Both the position numbers and the translations under genes were made by a program. The notes beneath the pieces were generated by a model. That model had not been told where the DNA came from, ran no database searches, and saw nothing but the letters and a program-made list of their open reading frames with translations. 64,000 nucleotides of DNA, from the NCBI GenBank assembly GCA_038211355.1, contig JBBQVR010000001.1, positions 491 to 64,490 on the forward strand. Reading direction: 5' to 3'. Origin of the DNA: Rhodobacterales bacterium. Its GTDB lineage: Bacteria > Pseudomonadota > Alphaproteobacteria > Rhodobacterales > Rhodobacteraceae. This document shows positions 10,075-18,950 of the stretch, piece after piece (positions within the stretch are counted from its first letter, which is position 1; each line of letters opens with the position of its first letter).

Positions 10075-10697
10075 CAGTTTGTCATCAACGCATAGGTGGC
10101 CGCAGCGGGCCCCTTGTTGTCAACTTTCAGCGTGAAGGTCCCGCCAGCCGCCGGGGTCCAGCCGCAATAGGCGATGTGGCTGATGTCGGTATCGGTGCAG
10201 ACCAGACGGCCCTTGTCGTCAAGCACGGTCAGGTTGACGTTGGTGGCGGCCTTCGCCTCGACGTAAACCTCGGCGTATTCACCGCCGCGAAACTCAATCG
10301 GGGGGTAGGTGTCGTTGCCGCCGTTCGCCAGCGCCCCGATGTTGTAGACCGGGCCAGAGGCGACGCCCTTGGTCGTTTCAACTGCGATATCCTCGATCAG
10401 ACCCAGCAGGGTGGCATCGTCTGCGGCAAGCGCCTCGGCGGTGGCAAGCATCTCTTGCCAAGTGAGGGGGGCGCCCTCGGTGGGCTGGCCACCCAAGGGC
10501 AGACGGTCGCCCGCAACCGGGGCCAGCGATTTGCGCAGCCGGGCGGCCGACAGGATCAAAACGGGGTCAGCCGCCGCGACGCCGGTGTCATAAAGCCGCG
10601 CGGAAAGGGCGGCCACTTGCACGGGCGAGGCCGTCTCAGCCCCGGCGCTGGAGGCAAGGGCCAGGGCAAAGCTGGCGGCAAGCAGGGATCGGCGCAT
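10074..10697 (-). CDS. Secreted hypothetical protein, paralog A (helical N-domain plus PPC-like beta-sandwich)
   Basis: Signal peptide (SAGA|E); stop overlaps caspase start (TGATG); aligns by eye with 19121-19942 and 20066-20755. Confidence 0.8.
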   Translation of the reverse strand: MRRSLLAASFALALASSAGAETASPVQVAALSARLYDTGVAAADPVLILSAARLRKSLAPVAGDRLPLGGQPTEGAPLTWQEMLATAEALAADDATLLGLIEDIAVETTKGVASGPVYNIGALANGGNDTYPPIEFRGGEYAEVYVEAKAATNVNLTVLDDKGRLVCTDTDISHIAYCGWTPAAGGTFTLKVDNKGPAAATYALMTN

Positions 10698-10773
10698 CGG
10701 AAAACTCACACAAGGGATTGTCTTGCCGGTGACCATGCGTCCGGGTGCTTCGGCTGTAAATGCTGGAATTTTT

Positions 10774-10792
10774 CATGACGGGCTTTGTCATG
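10774..10792. promoter_or_regulatory. Putative regulator site 1, CATGAC-N7-GTCATG (minus strand TGACAAA-GCCC-GTCA)
   Basis: Inverted repeat in the divergent intergenic region; same motif at 15758 and 20044. Confidence 0.6.
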
Positions 10793-10851
10793 TGCCAAGG
10801 CTTTGGGCCGCTGTTAGCAAGGCGGCAAGCAGGCAGGAACAAAGGTGCACG

Positions 10852-12195
10852 ATGCAGACGGGACAAAAGGAAAGGCGCGGGCAACGGCGCATCTGGCCAC
10901 AGCGATATCTGGGTGAGGTGCTGGCCGCGCTGGTCGTGATCGTGCTGGTGGCGCTGGTCGGGCCGGCCAATGCCACCCCGCTTGATGATGCGATGGACCG
11001 CGTCTTCACGGTGCGCAGTGCCGACGCCGAGGACAGGTTTCTGGGGTCGGCCTTCCTGTGGGGTGCGGGGGACGTTGCCGTGACCAACGCCCATGTGGTC
11101 GGCACCGCAGGCGAGGTGCGTCTGGTGGGCCGCCACGGGGCAGAGGAAACCGCGCTGGTCATCGCGCGCGATGCGCTGCGCGATGTGGCAGTGATCGCGG
11201 TCAGCGCAAGGTTTGCCGGTGGCCGGGCCGGGCTGGACCTTGTGACCACGTCCCCCGGTCTGGGCGATGAGGTCTTTGCCCTTGGCGCACCGCTTGGGGT
11301 GGAATTCACCCTGACCGAGGGCCGGATTTCCGCCACCGCGCGGCAGGTGGACATCACCGTGCCGTTGCTGATGCTGCAGCATGATGCGGCGGTCAATCCG
11401 GGGTCTTCGGGCGGGCCTCTGGTCGATGCTGACGGGCGGCTTTTGGGGATGAACAGCCAGATCGCCGATGGCAGCCGGATGTTTGTCGGCATCGCCTATG
11501 CCATCGCGGCGCCTGACCTTGCGGCCTTCGTCACCGGCCTGATCGAGGAAACCCTGCCGCCGTTCCCGTCGCTTGGCGTGACCGCGCGACCGGTGGACCG
11601 GCAGGTGGCGGCAGCGCTGGGTGTTGCGGTGGCGGGATTGCTGGTCGACGGGGTGACCGCGGGCGGGCTGGCCGAGGCGGCGGGTCTGCGCGGTGGCGAT
11701 GTGATCGTGGCGGTGGACGGGACTGCGCTGGTGCAACCGGGCGATCTGGCCTTTGCGGTGGAACGGGCGGCTGTGGCGGGTGAAACGCTGATCACCGTGT
11801 TGCGGGGCGGGGCGCAGCTGAACCTGACCGTGTCGCTTTTGGCCGAGGAGGCTGGCCTGCGCCTGCGGCAGGTGTCGGGGGGCATGCCGGAAACGGTGCA
11901 GGCCTACCGGCTGGCAGCCCTTGGCGTGGTGCTGGACGCTGCGGGCCGGGTGACGGCGGTCACCGAAAGCTCGCCCGCCCTGTTCGCCGGGCTGGCGCTG
12001 GGTGACCGCATCCTGACGGTGAACGGCGCAGAGGTGGACCTGTCGGCCTATGAGGTGACCGAGCCGGTGTTGCTGCTGGTGCAGGCCCCGGGCGGTTTGA
12101 CGCGGCACATCCATCTGGACCCCTGGCGCGCGCAAGGCGGGGTGCGGCCTCTGGGCGGGGCGAATGTCCTTGACCCGGACGTGGTGGTGTTCTGA
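10852..12195 (+). CDS. HtrA/DegP-like serine protease with PDZ domain(s)
   Basis: VTNAHVV (His), RDVAVI (Asp), DAAVNPGSSGGPL (Ser); PDZ-like GLRGGDVIVAVDG; N-terminal hydrophobic segment. Start uncertain (10852 or GTG 10918). Confidence 0.88.
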   Translation: MQTGQKERRGQRRIWPQRYLGEVLAALVVIVLVALVGPANATPLDDAMDRVFTVRSADAEDRFLGSAFLWGAGDVAVTNAHVVGTAGEVRLVGRHGAEETALVIARDALRDVAVIAVSARFAGGRAGLDLVTTSPGLGDEVFALGAPLGVEFTLTEGRISATARQVDITVPLLMLQHDAAVNPGSSGGPLVDADGRLLGMNSQIADGSRMFVGIAYAIAAPDLAAFVTGLIEETLPPFPSLGVTARPVDRQVAAALGVAVAGLLVDGVTAGGLAEAAGLRGGDVIVAVDGTALVQPGDLAFAVERAAVAGETLITVLRGGAQLNLTVSLLAEEAGLRLRQVSGGMPETVQAYRLAALGVVLDAAGRVTAVTESSPALFAGLALGDRILTVNGAEVDLSAYEVTEPVLLLVQAPGGLTRHIHLDPWRAQGGVRPLGGANVLDPDVVVF

Positions 12196-12221
12196 ATGAG
12201 GGGCCAAGGGAAGGTGGGGGC

Positions 12222-12926
12222 ATGAACGACCGGATCCTGATCGTCGAAGACGATAGTGAGACTGCCGCCGCCGTGCGTGCGGTGGTCGAGGGGTTGGGCT
12301 GCCACGTCGACCATCACGACACGCTTGAGGCCGGCATCGCCGCTGCCATCGCCACGCCCTACAAGGTCATCGTGCTGGACCGGATGCTGCCGGGCGGCGA
12401 CGGGGTCGAGGCGATGGCACGGTTGCGGGCCGGTGGGTCAACCGCGCTGATCCTGATCCTGTCGGCGCTGGGTCGCGCCGCCAACCGGGTGGAGGGGCTG
12501 GAAAAGGGTGCGGATGACTATCTGCCGAAACCCTTTGAACCCGATGAGTTGCGCGCCCGCGTGCGCGCCCTGTTGCGACGCGGCACGATGCAGGTGCTGG
12601 ACAATGACCTTCTGGCCTTCGGTGATCTGGAAATCCGGCTGAAGGCGCGGACGGTGCATGTCAAACGCGCCCATGTGGCGGTCAGCCCGAAAGAGTTTGA
12701 GCTGTTGACCTATTTTGCCAGCAACGCCGGGCAGATCGTCACCCGGATGCAGCTTTTGGAAAACGTCTGGAACCTGCACTTCGACCCCGGCACCAATGTG
12801 GTTGATGTCCATGTCGGCCGCCTGCGCCGCAAGCTGGAAGAAGCAGGCTCCACCGCGATCCAGACCGCGCGGGGGGAGGGGTATGTCTTTGCCCCGCTTG
12901 CCCCGACTTTGGGGCCCGCCGGGTGA
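12222..12926 (+). CDS. OmpR-family response regulator (CusR/CopR-like C-terminus)
   Basis: ILIVEDD, VIVLD (phosphoacceptor), DDYLPKPF; wHTH LLENVWNLHFDPGTNVVDVHVGRLRRKL. Confidence 0.93.
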   Translation: MNDRILIVEDDSETAAAVRAVVEGLGCHVDHHDTLEAGIAAAIATPYKVIVLDRMLPGGDGVEAMARLRAGGSTALILILSALGRAANRVEGLEKGADDYLPKPFEPDELRARVRALLRRGTMQVLDNDLLAFGDLEIRLKARTVHVKRAHVAVSPKEFELLTYFASNAGQIVTRMQLLENVWNLHFDPGTNVVDVHVGRLRRKLEEAGSTAIQTARGEGYVFAPLAPTLGPAG

Positions 12927-14284
12927 CACAGGCCCGCCCCCTGGCGGCGCGGGCCACGTTGCGGCTGGCGGCGGTGATGGCCCTTGCGGTAACGGTTCTG
13001 TCGCTTCTGGCGATGGGGTTGCAATATCGGCTGGTCGAGGTGCGGCTGATGCAAGCGCAGCGCGCGCTTTTGTCAGCCGACCTGGACGGGTTCGCAGCCC
13101 TTTATGACCAGCGCCGGATCATCGCCCTGCGGCAGGCCATCGACTACCGTGCGGCGGCGGCGACGGGCGAAGAGATGCTGCTGTTGCTGGACCGTAGCGG
13201 CGCCAAGCTGGCTGGCACGCGCGCCGGCTGGCCGGCCGGCCTTACCGCCGAGGGGGATGCCTTCACCGTCGAACCCGCAACGGTGTTTGTGGAAGGCGGC
13301 ACACGCTGGCTGGTTGTGGCGCGCAAACTGCCGGGGGGGTTTCCGCTGCTTGTCGCACGATCGCTTGACCCGGTTGATGACACGCTGGCGGCCCTGCGGC
13401 GCGGGATGCTGGGACTGCTCGCCGCGCTGCTGGTGGCGGGGGGTGGGGTCGGCTGGCTGGCGGCGCGGTCGGTCATGGGCCGGATCGGGCGGGTGAATGA
13501 TCTGGCCGACCGCGTGGCCGAAGGGGCGCTGGACGCGCGGCTGCCGGGGGCGCGGTCTGACGATGAGTTCGGCCTGTTGGAAACCCACGTCCACGCCATG
13601 CTGGACCGTATTCAGAACCTGAACCGCGCCACGCACCGCCTGTCCGACACCATCGCGCATGAATTGCGCACACCGCTGAACCGGATGCTGCAAAAGCTGG
13701 GCCGGATCGAGGATCACGAAGAGGTCACGGCCGAGTTGAAGGCCGAGATGCGGCAAGCGATCCGCATGTTTGACAGCCTTCTGGACATCAGCCGCGCCGA
13801 GGCTGACGCAGGCACCGGCGGCGGTCTGGTGCCGGTTGACCTGTCTGCCGTGGCATCGGAAGTGTGGGAGTTGTATGAGCCCTTGGCCGAGGACAAGGGG
13901 CTTGCCTGCACCTCTGACATTGCCCCCGGCCTGCAGATCCTGGGTGACCGCAACCTGATTGCGCAGCTTTTGGCCAACCTTCTGGACAACGCCATCAAGT
14001 ATTGCGCGGCGGGTGACCTGCTTACCCTGACGCTGGTCGTCTTTGGCGACCGGCACCTGATGCGGGTATCGGACACCGGCCCCGGCCTGCCCGCCGAGAT
14101 GCGCGGCGAGGCGTTTGAGCGTTTCGTCCGGGCCGAGCGTGACCGGTCCACCCCCGGCCATGGCCTTGGTCTTGCCCTGGTGCGGGCCATTGCCGCCCGG
14201 CATGGCGCGCGGCTGGTGCTGCCTGACGGTGCTGGCGGATTCACGCTTGAAATCCACTGGCCCAGGCTGCAGCAATCGGACTGA
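12923..14284 (+). CDS. Sensor histidine kinase (2 TM, periplasmic domain, HAMP)
   Basis: H-box IAHELRTPL, N-box LLDNAIKY, G1 VSDTGPG, G2 GHGLGL; GTGA overlap with the regulator. Confidence 0.93.
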   Translation: MTQARPLAARATLRLAAVMALAVTVLSLLAMGLQYRLVEVRLMQAQRALLSADLDGFAALYDQRRIIALRQAIDYRAAAATGEEMLLLLDRSGAKLAGTRAGWPAGLTAEGDAFTVEPATVFVEGGTRWLVVARKLPGGFPLLVARSLDPVDDTLAALRRGMLGLLAALLVAGGGVGWLAARSVMGRIGRVNDLADRVAEGALDARLPGARSDDEFGLLETHVHAMLDRIQNLNRATHRLSDTIAHELRTPLNRMLQKLGRIEDHEEVTAELKAEMRQAIRMFDSLLDISRAEADAGTGGGLVPVDLSAVASEVWELYEPLAEDKGLACTSDIAPGLQILGDRNLIAQLLANLLDNAIKYCAAGDLLTLTLVVFGDRHLMRVSDTGPGLPAEMRGEAFERFVRAERDRSTPGHGLGLALVRAIAARHGARLVLPDGAGGFTLEIHWPRLQQSD

Positions 14285-14305
14285 CCCTCTCATTCCGGAC
14301 CCTGC

Positions 14306-15748
14306 ATGAAACGCGCTGTCCTTCCCCTGCTGTTGCTTCTGGGCTGCGCGCCGTGGAATTCGCCGCTGAACCAGCCGTTGCAGGGGGAAAACGCCAGTCT
14401 GGTTGAACCGGCGGTCGTGGGCGATGGAGAGCTTTACATCGGTCTGGCCTTTTCAGGCGGCGGGTTCCGGGCCACGTCCTTCGCCTACGGTATGCTTGAG
14501 GAATTGCGCGCGGCGGGGGTGGAAACCGGCACGCCGAACGGCCTGCTTGATCAGGTGCGGCTGGTGTCGGGTGTCTCTGGCGGGTCGGTGATGGCGGCGC
14601 AGTTTGGCTTGCGTGGGCCAGAGGGGCTGACCGGGTTCCGGGAGAAGTTCCTTCTGACCGACGGTGAGGCCTATATGGTCACCTCAGGCCTGAACCCCTT
14701 GACCATCGCCAAGGGCGTGGCGGGCGGGGTGAACGGGCGCGATACCTTTGGCCGCTATCTGGATGATACGCTGTTCAACGGCGCCACCTTCGGCGATCTG
14801 CGCAAATCCTCACGCATCAAGACCTGGATCAACGCCACCGACATGGCGAACAACACGCCGTTTCTGTTCAGCCCCGAGACGTTTGATGCGCTGTGTTCCG
14901 ACCTGTCGCAGGTGCGCCTGTCCGAGGCGGTGGCTGCCAGCGCCGCCTTCCCGCTTGTCTTCACCCCCATCGTGCTGAAGGCGCATCAGGGCAAGTGCAA
15001 CTACGTTGAGCCCGACTGGCTGACAGCCGCGCGCTATAACCCCGAGGCGACGGCCGCAATGCGCGCCCATGCCCGCGCGCTGGAAAGCTATACCAACCCA
15101 GATGAGGTGAAGTTCGTCAAACTGCTGGATGGCGGGATCACCGACAACTTCGGCACGACAGGTCTTGCGGTAGAGCGCGCCCGCGCGCAGGTGCCCTATG
15201 CGCCGCTGACGGCGGAAGAGGCGGTCAAGCTGAAACGGATGCTGTTCCTTGTCGCCAACGCCGGGGTTGAGGAAGACTATGACTGGACGCAGCAAGTGGC
15301 CGGTCCCGGTGGGGTCAACCTTGCGATGTCGATTGCCACCAGCGCCATGTCGGCGGCGTCACGGTCTGGCTATGACTCCATGCGGGGTGAACTGCGCGTG
15401 TGGGAGGCAGAGCTGATCGACTGGCGCTGCGCCTTGCCGATGGTTGAAGTGCGCCGGTTGCGCGGATCGACCGAAGGGTGGGACTGCAAGGATGTAAAGC
15501 TGTTCGTGGGTGAGGCCAGCTTTGCCAGCCTGCCCCCGGCGCTGCGCGACAAGCTGAACAATGTGCCGACCCGTCTGAAACTGCCGCCTGCTGAGGTGGA
15601 CATGGTGATTGAAGCCGGGCGATTGGCCACCCGCATGACGCCGGAGTTCAACGGTTTCCTCGCCTCGCTGGCTGGAAATAATGTGGACGGGCGGATCGTG
15701 GACGGCATCGCCGCAGGCGGGCGGCGGGTGATGCCCTTGGGGAATTGA
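14306..15748 (+). CDS. Patatin-like phospholipase, predicted lipoprotein
   Basis: Lipobox LLG|C; SGGGFRA oxyanion loop, GVSGG nucleophile, LLDGG Asp motif. Confidence 0.88.
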   Translation: MKRAVLPLLLLLGCAPWNSPLNQPLQGENASLVEPAVVGDGELYIGLAFSGGGFRATSFAYGMLEELRAAGVETGTPNGLLDQVRLVSGVSGGSVMAAQFGLRGPEGLTGFREKFLLTDGEAYMVTSGLNPLTIAKGVAGGVNGRDTFGRYLDDTLFNGATFGDLRKSSRIKTWINATDMANNTPFLFSPETFDALCSDLSQVRLSEAVAASAAFPLVFTPIVLKAHQGKCNYVEPDWLTAARYNPEATAAMRAHARALESYTNPDEVKFVKLLDGGITDNFGTTGLAVERARAQVPYAPLTAEEAVKLKRMLFLVANAGVEEDYDWTQQVAGPGGVNLAMSIATSAMSAASRSGYDSMRGELRVWEAELIDWRCALPMVEVRRLRGSTEGWDCKDVKLFVGEASFASLPPALRDKLNNVPTRLKLPPAEVDMVIEAGRLATRMTPEFNGFLASLAGNNVDGRIVDGIAAGGRRVMPLGN

Positions 15749-15757
15749 CGGGTCAGG

Positions 15758-15772
15758 TGACAAATCCGGTTA
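15758..15772. promoter_or_regulatory. Putative regulator site 3, TGACAAA-TCCG-GTTA
   Basis: About 53 bp upstream of the caspase-2 start; one mismatch to the palindrome of sites 1 and 2. Confidence 0.5.
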
Positions 15773-15824
15773 GCTGCAGGAAGCCGCTTGTTCCATGCGG
15801 GCCCTTGGCTATCTTGGGCAGGTC

Positions 15825-17801
15825 ATGCGCAAGCCTCTGTCTGCCCTTGCGGGCCTTCTGGCCCTGATGATCGCCCCGCCCGCGCTGGCCGAGGTGCGGG
15901 CAGTGCTGGTCGGAGTCAGCGATTATCTGGTGCTGGATGCCGATCTGAAAGGCCCCGCAAACGACGTGCGCCTGATGGCCGAGACGCTTGCCTTGCGCGG
16001 CGTTGATCCCGGCGCGATGACCGTGCTGACGGCTGATCCTGCAGGCCTGCCACCCGGCGTGAAAACGGCAGCCCCGCTGCGGGCCGCGATCCTTGCGGCG
16101 ATGGCGGCGGTGGCCGATGCGTCAGCCCCCGGCGATACGGTGGTTTTCTACTTCTCCGGCCACGGCGCGCAGGCCCCGGACATGAGCGGCGACGAAGGCG
16201 GTGGCTATGATGAGATATTGCTGCCCGCCGATGCTGCCGGGTGGAGAGGCGCCATCGGCGCGGTGGAAAACGCGATTCTGGATGATGAGCTGCAGGTCTG
16301 GGCGCAAGGGATGCTGTCGCGCGGCGTGCAGGTGGTGGGGCTGATCGACGCCTGCCATTCAGCCACGGGCTTTCGCGCGGCTGGGGGCGCGGGCGTGGCG
16401 CGGGTGATTGATGCGGCGGCGCTGGGCATCCCTGCGGATGTGGTGCCGGTCACGGGCAACCCCGTGCCGCCGCTGACGGGAAGTTTCGTGTTCCTCTACT
16501 CCTCTCAATCCGATCAGCGGTCGTTTGAATACCCGATGGCGGATGGCACCTGGCAGGGAGAATTCACCTTGCGGCTGGCGCAAACCTTGCAGACCGCGCC
16601 GCAGGCCAGCTGGGCGCAGGTGCTTGCCGCCACGACCGAAGGCATGGTGCAAGGCCCCGCGCGGCAGATGCCGGATGGCGAGGGGACATTGTTGCAAGCC
16701 CCGGTTTTCGGGACCGGGCAAGCCGCGCTGCGGGTGCCGGTGGCGGGGGGCAAACTGGCGGCGGGCCTGTTTCAGGGGCTGGCGGCGGGGGCAGAGGTCG
16801 CGGTTTATGCCGATGCTGCGGGGGGGGAGGCGCTGGCTGTCCTTACCCTTGGGACAGTAAGCGCGCGTGAGGCGGTTCTGATCGGCGCACTCCCCGACGC
16901 GGCGCTTTGGGCCGAGGTGGTCAGCGCCCCGCCCCCCGCGCCGCTGGTGCTGGCGGCCCCGGTGCGGGCCGATAGGGCAGACGGGTTTGAGTATGCGGCC
17001 TGGGAAGCGGCCTTGCGTGATGGAGCCGCCACCGGCCCTTCGCCCGACCTTGTGCCGATCCTGACCGGTGGCGCGGTGGCGCTGGCCGGGGCGGACGGGG
17101 TGCTGGACCCTGAGGGGCCGGGATCTACCCCGCGGATCAGGCTGCGCGAGGGCGAGGCAGAGGCGGATGCCGTGGCGCGGGTGCTGGAGGCTGCCGCCCA
17201 TGGCCTTGGCCTGCGCGCGGTCCTTGCGGGGGCGGCGGGGCGGTCGCTGACCGGCAAGGCTGCGCTCTCCATGGTGGTTGAACGCCGGGCGGCCGGGCCG
17301 GACTGTGGCGCGGTGGGCCGGGGCGTGTCGCATGACCCGGCCCAGGGGGTTGCCCCCTGTGACCAGCTTTGGCTGACGCTGACCAACACCGGCGGCAAGG
17401 CGCAGGATGTCAGCGTGCTGTACTTCGCGGCGGATTTCAGCGTGGCCCCGATCTGGCCCGCGCAGAACCTTGCCAACCGCCTGGCACCGGGGGAAAGCAC
17501 CCGCGTCGGCCTGATGATCGAGGCGGACAGCACGGCAGGACTGGAGGAAATCTGGGTTCTGGCCGTTCCGGCAGACCCCGACACCCCCCGCGTGGACCTG
17601 ACGCGCCTTGCCACGCCGGAAACCGCGCGCGACCTTGGGGGCGCAGACCCCATGACGCAGTGGCTGGAAAGCCGCCTGCCCAAGGACGGTGGCACGACGC
17701 GCGGCTTTTCCCTGAAACCCGCCGTGTTGACGATGATCCGTCAGATGGTGCGCCTGACCCCCCCAGAGTTCTTCCCCGCCGATCCCTTGATGGAGAATTG
17801 A
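15825..17801 (+). CDS. Second secreted caspase-family (C14, metacaspase type) protein with C-terminal DUF4384-like domain
   Basis: Signal peptide (PPALA|E); LKGPANDV, YFSGHG, IDACHS; C-terminal TNTGGKAQDVSVLYFAAD...GLEEIWVLAV parallels the first caspase. Confidence 0.88.
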   Translation: MRKPLSALAGLLALMIAPPALAEVRAVLVGVSDYLVLDADLKGPANDVRLMAETLALRGVDPGAMTVLTADPAGLPPGVKTAAPLRAAILAAMAAVADASAPGDTVVFYFSGHGAQAPDMSGDEGGGYDEILLPADAAGWRGAIGAVENAILDDELQVWAQGMLSRGVQVVGLIDACHSATGFRAAGGAGVARVIDAAALGIPADVVPVTGNPVPPLTGSFVFLYSSQSDQRSFEYPMADGTWQGEFTLRLAQTLQTAPQASWAQVLAATTEGMVQGPARQMPDGEGTLLQAPVFGTGQAALRVPVAGGKLAAGLFQGLAAGAEVAVYADAAGGEALAVLTLGTVSAREAVLIGALPDAALWAEVVSAPPPAPLVLAAPVRADRADGFEYAAWEAALRDGAATGPSPDLVPILTGGAVALAGADGVLDPEGPGSTPRIRLREGEAEADAVARVLEAAAHGLGLRAVLAGAAGRSLTGKAALSMVVERRAAGPDCGAVGRGVSHDPAQGVAPCDQLWLTLTNTGGKAQDVSVLYFAADFSVAPIWPAQNLANRLAPGESTRVGLMIEADSTAGLEEIWVLAVPADPDTPRVDLTRLATPETARDLGGADPMTQWLESRLPKDGGTTRGFSLKPAVLTMIRQMVRLTPPEFFPADPLMEN

Positions 17802-17802
17802 G

Positions 17803-18861
17803 ATGACGCTTTCCCATTTGCCCAAGGCCGCGTTTCTTGCGGTGCTGCTCGCCTCAACCGCGCTGGCGGAAGAGGGGCCGGGCTTTGCTGTCAAGGCCGG
17901 CGGGGTGACGGTCTCACCCTTCGCCTACGCAAAGTCCGGGGCCAAGGCGGCGCGGGCGGCCACGGCCGAGGCGGCAGGCGCAAAGGTCATCGGCGGCGAG
18001 GTTGCGGCCGAGGGGGCCTGGCCCTGGCAGGTGGCACTGCTGGTCGGCGGGGCAGAGGTCAGCTCTGACAGCCAGTTCTGTGGCGGGTCGCTGGTCATGG
18101 ACCGCTGGGTGCTTACGGCGGCGCATTGCATCCATATGGACCAGGGGGATGGCAGCTTTGCCGATCTGGCACCGCAGGACCTGTCGATCCTGGTTGGAAC
18201 GAACGCGCTGGTGCCGGGCAGGGGGGATCTGATCCCGGTCGCGGCGATCTTTCGCCACCCGTCCTACGATGGCGCCAAGTTCGACTTTGACCTAGCGCTG
18301 GTGCAACTGGCGCGCGCGCCGAATGTGCCCTACGCGCTGATCGAGGTGCCGGACGCCGAGTTTGGCGGTCTTTTGAACCAGCAGGGGGTGACGACGATCG
18401 TCACTGGCTGGGGTCTGCAGGAAGGGGCGACCCCGTCAACCGAATTGCGGCAGGCCGAGATTCAGGTGCTGGACCGTGACCTCTGCAACGCCTCGATGCT
18501 GGAGGCGCGGGCGGAAGATGCGGCCGGCGGGTTTTCCTATGCGGCGCAGACGCTGGGCCTTGGCGAGGACGATGCCTTTGCGCTGTGGGATCAGATGGTG
18601 GCGCGCGCGCCGATGCCGGTCAGCGAGAACATGATCTGTTCCGGCACATTCGAGGGCGGCAAGACCAGCTGCAACGGCGACAGCGGCGGGCCTTTGGTGG
18701 TTCCCCTGGACGACGGCAGCTACATTCAGGCCGGGATCGTCAGCTGGGGGCTGAGCGCAAGTTCGGGTCAGGGCTGCGAGGAGACGGCGCTGTTTTCCGC
18801 CTATACCGACATTTCGAAGTTCGTGCCCTGGCTGAACGAGGTGATCGCGGCGAACCCCTGA
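17803..18861 (+). CDS. Secreted chymotrypsin-family (S1A) serine protease zymogen
   Basis: Signal peptide (TALA|E), propeptide ending AK|VIGG, WPWQVAL, CGGSL, TAAHC, DLALVQL, GDSGGP. Confidence 0.92.
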   Translation: MTLSHLPKAAFLAVLLASTALAEEGPGFAVKAGGVTVSPFAYAKSGAKAARAATAEAAGAKVIGGEVAAEGAWPWQVALLVGGAEVSSDSQFCGGSLVMDRWVLTAAHCIHMDQGDGSFADLAPQDLSILVGTNALVPGRGDLIPVAAIFRHPSYDGAKFDFDLALVQLARAPNVPYALIEVPDAEFGGLLNQQGVTTIVTGWGLQEGATPSTELRQAEIQVLDRDLCNASMLEARAEDAAGGFSYAAQTLGLGEDDAFALWDQMVARAPMPVSENMICSGTFEGGKTSCNGDSGGPLVVPLDDGSYIQAGIVSWGLSASSGQGCEETALFSAYTDISKFVPWLNEVIAANP

Positions 18862-18874
18862 GCGGTCGCCCTAT

Positions 18875-18907
18875 CCTGGCGCCGACCTGGCCCTGACCTG
18901 GCGCTGA
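18875..18907. repeat. Imperfect 11-bp tandem repeat x3
   Basis: CCTGGCGCCGA CCTGGCCCTGA CCTGGCGCTGA. Confidence 0.6.
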
Positions 18908-18950
18908 CCTTGCGGCGCCGCATTTTGCGGCACGGCCTTGCCCCCCAGCC

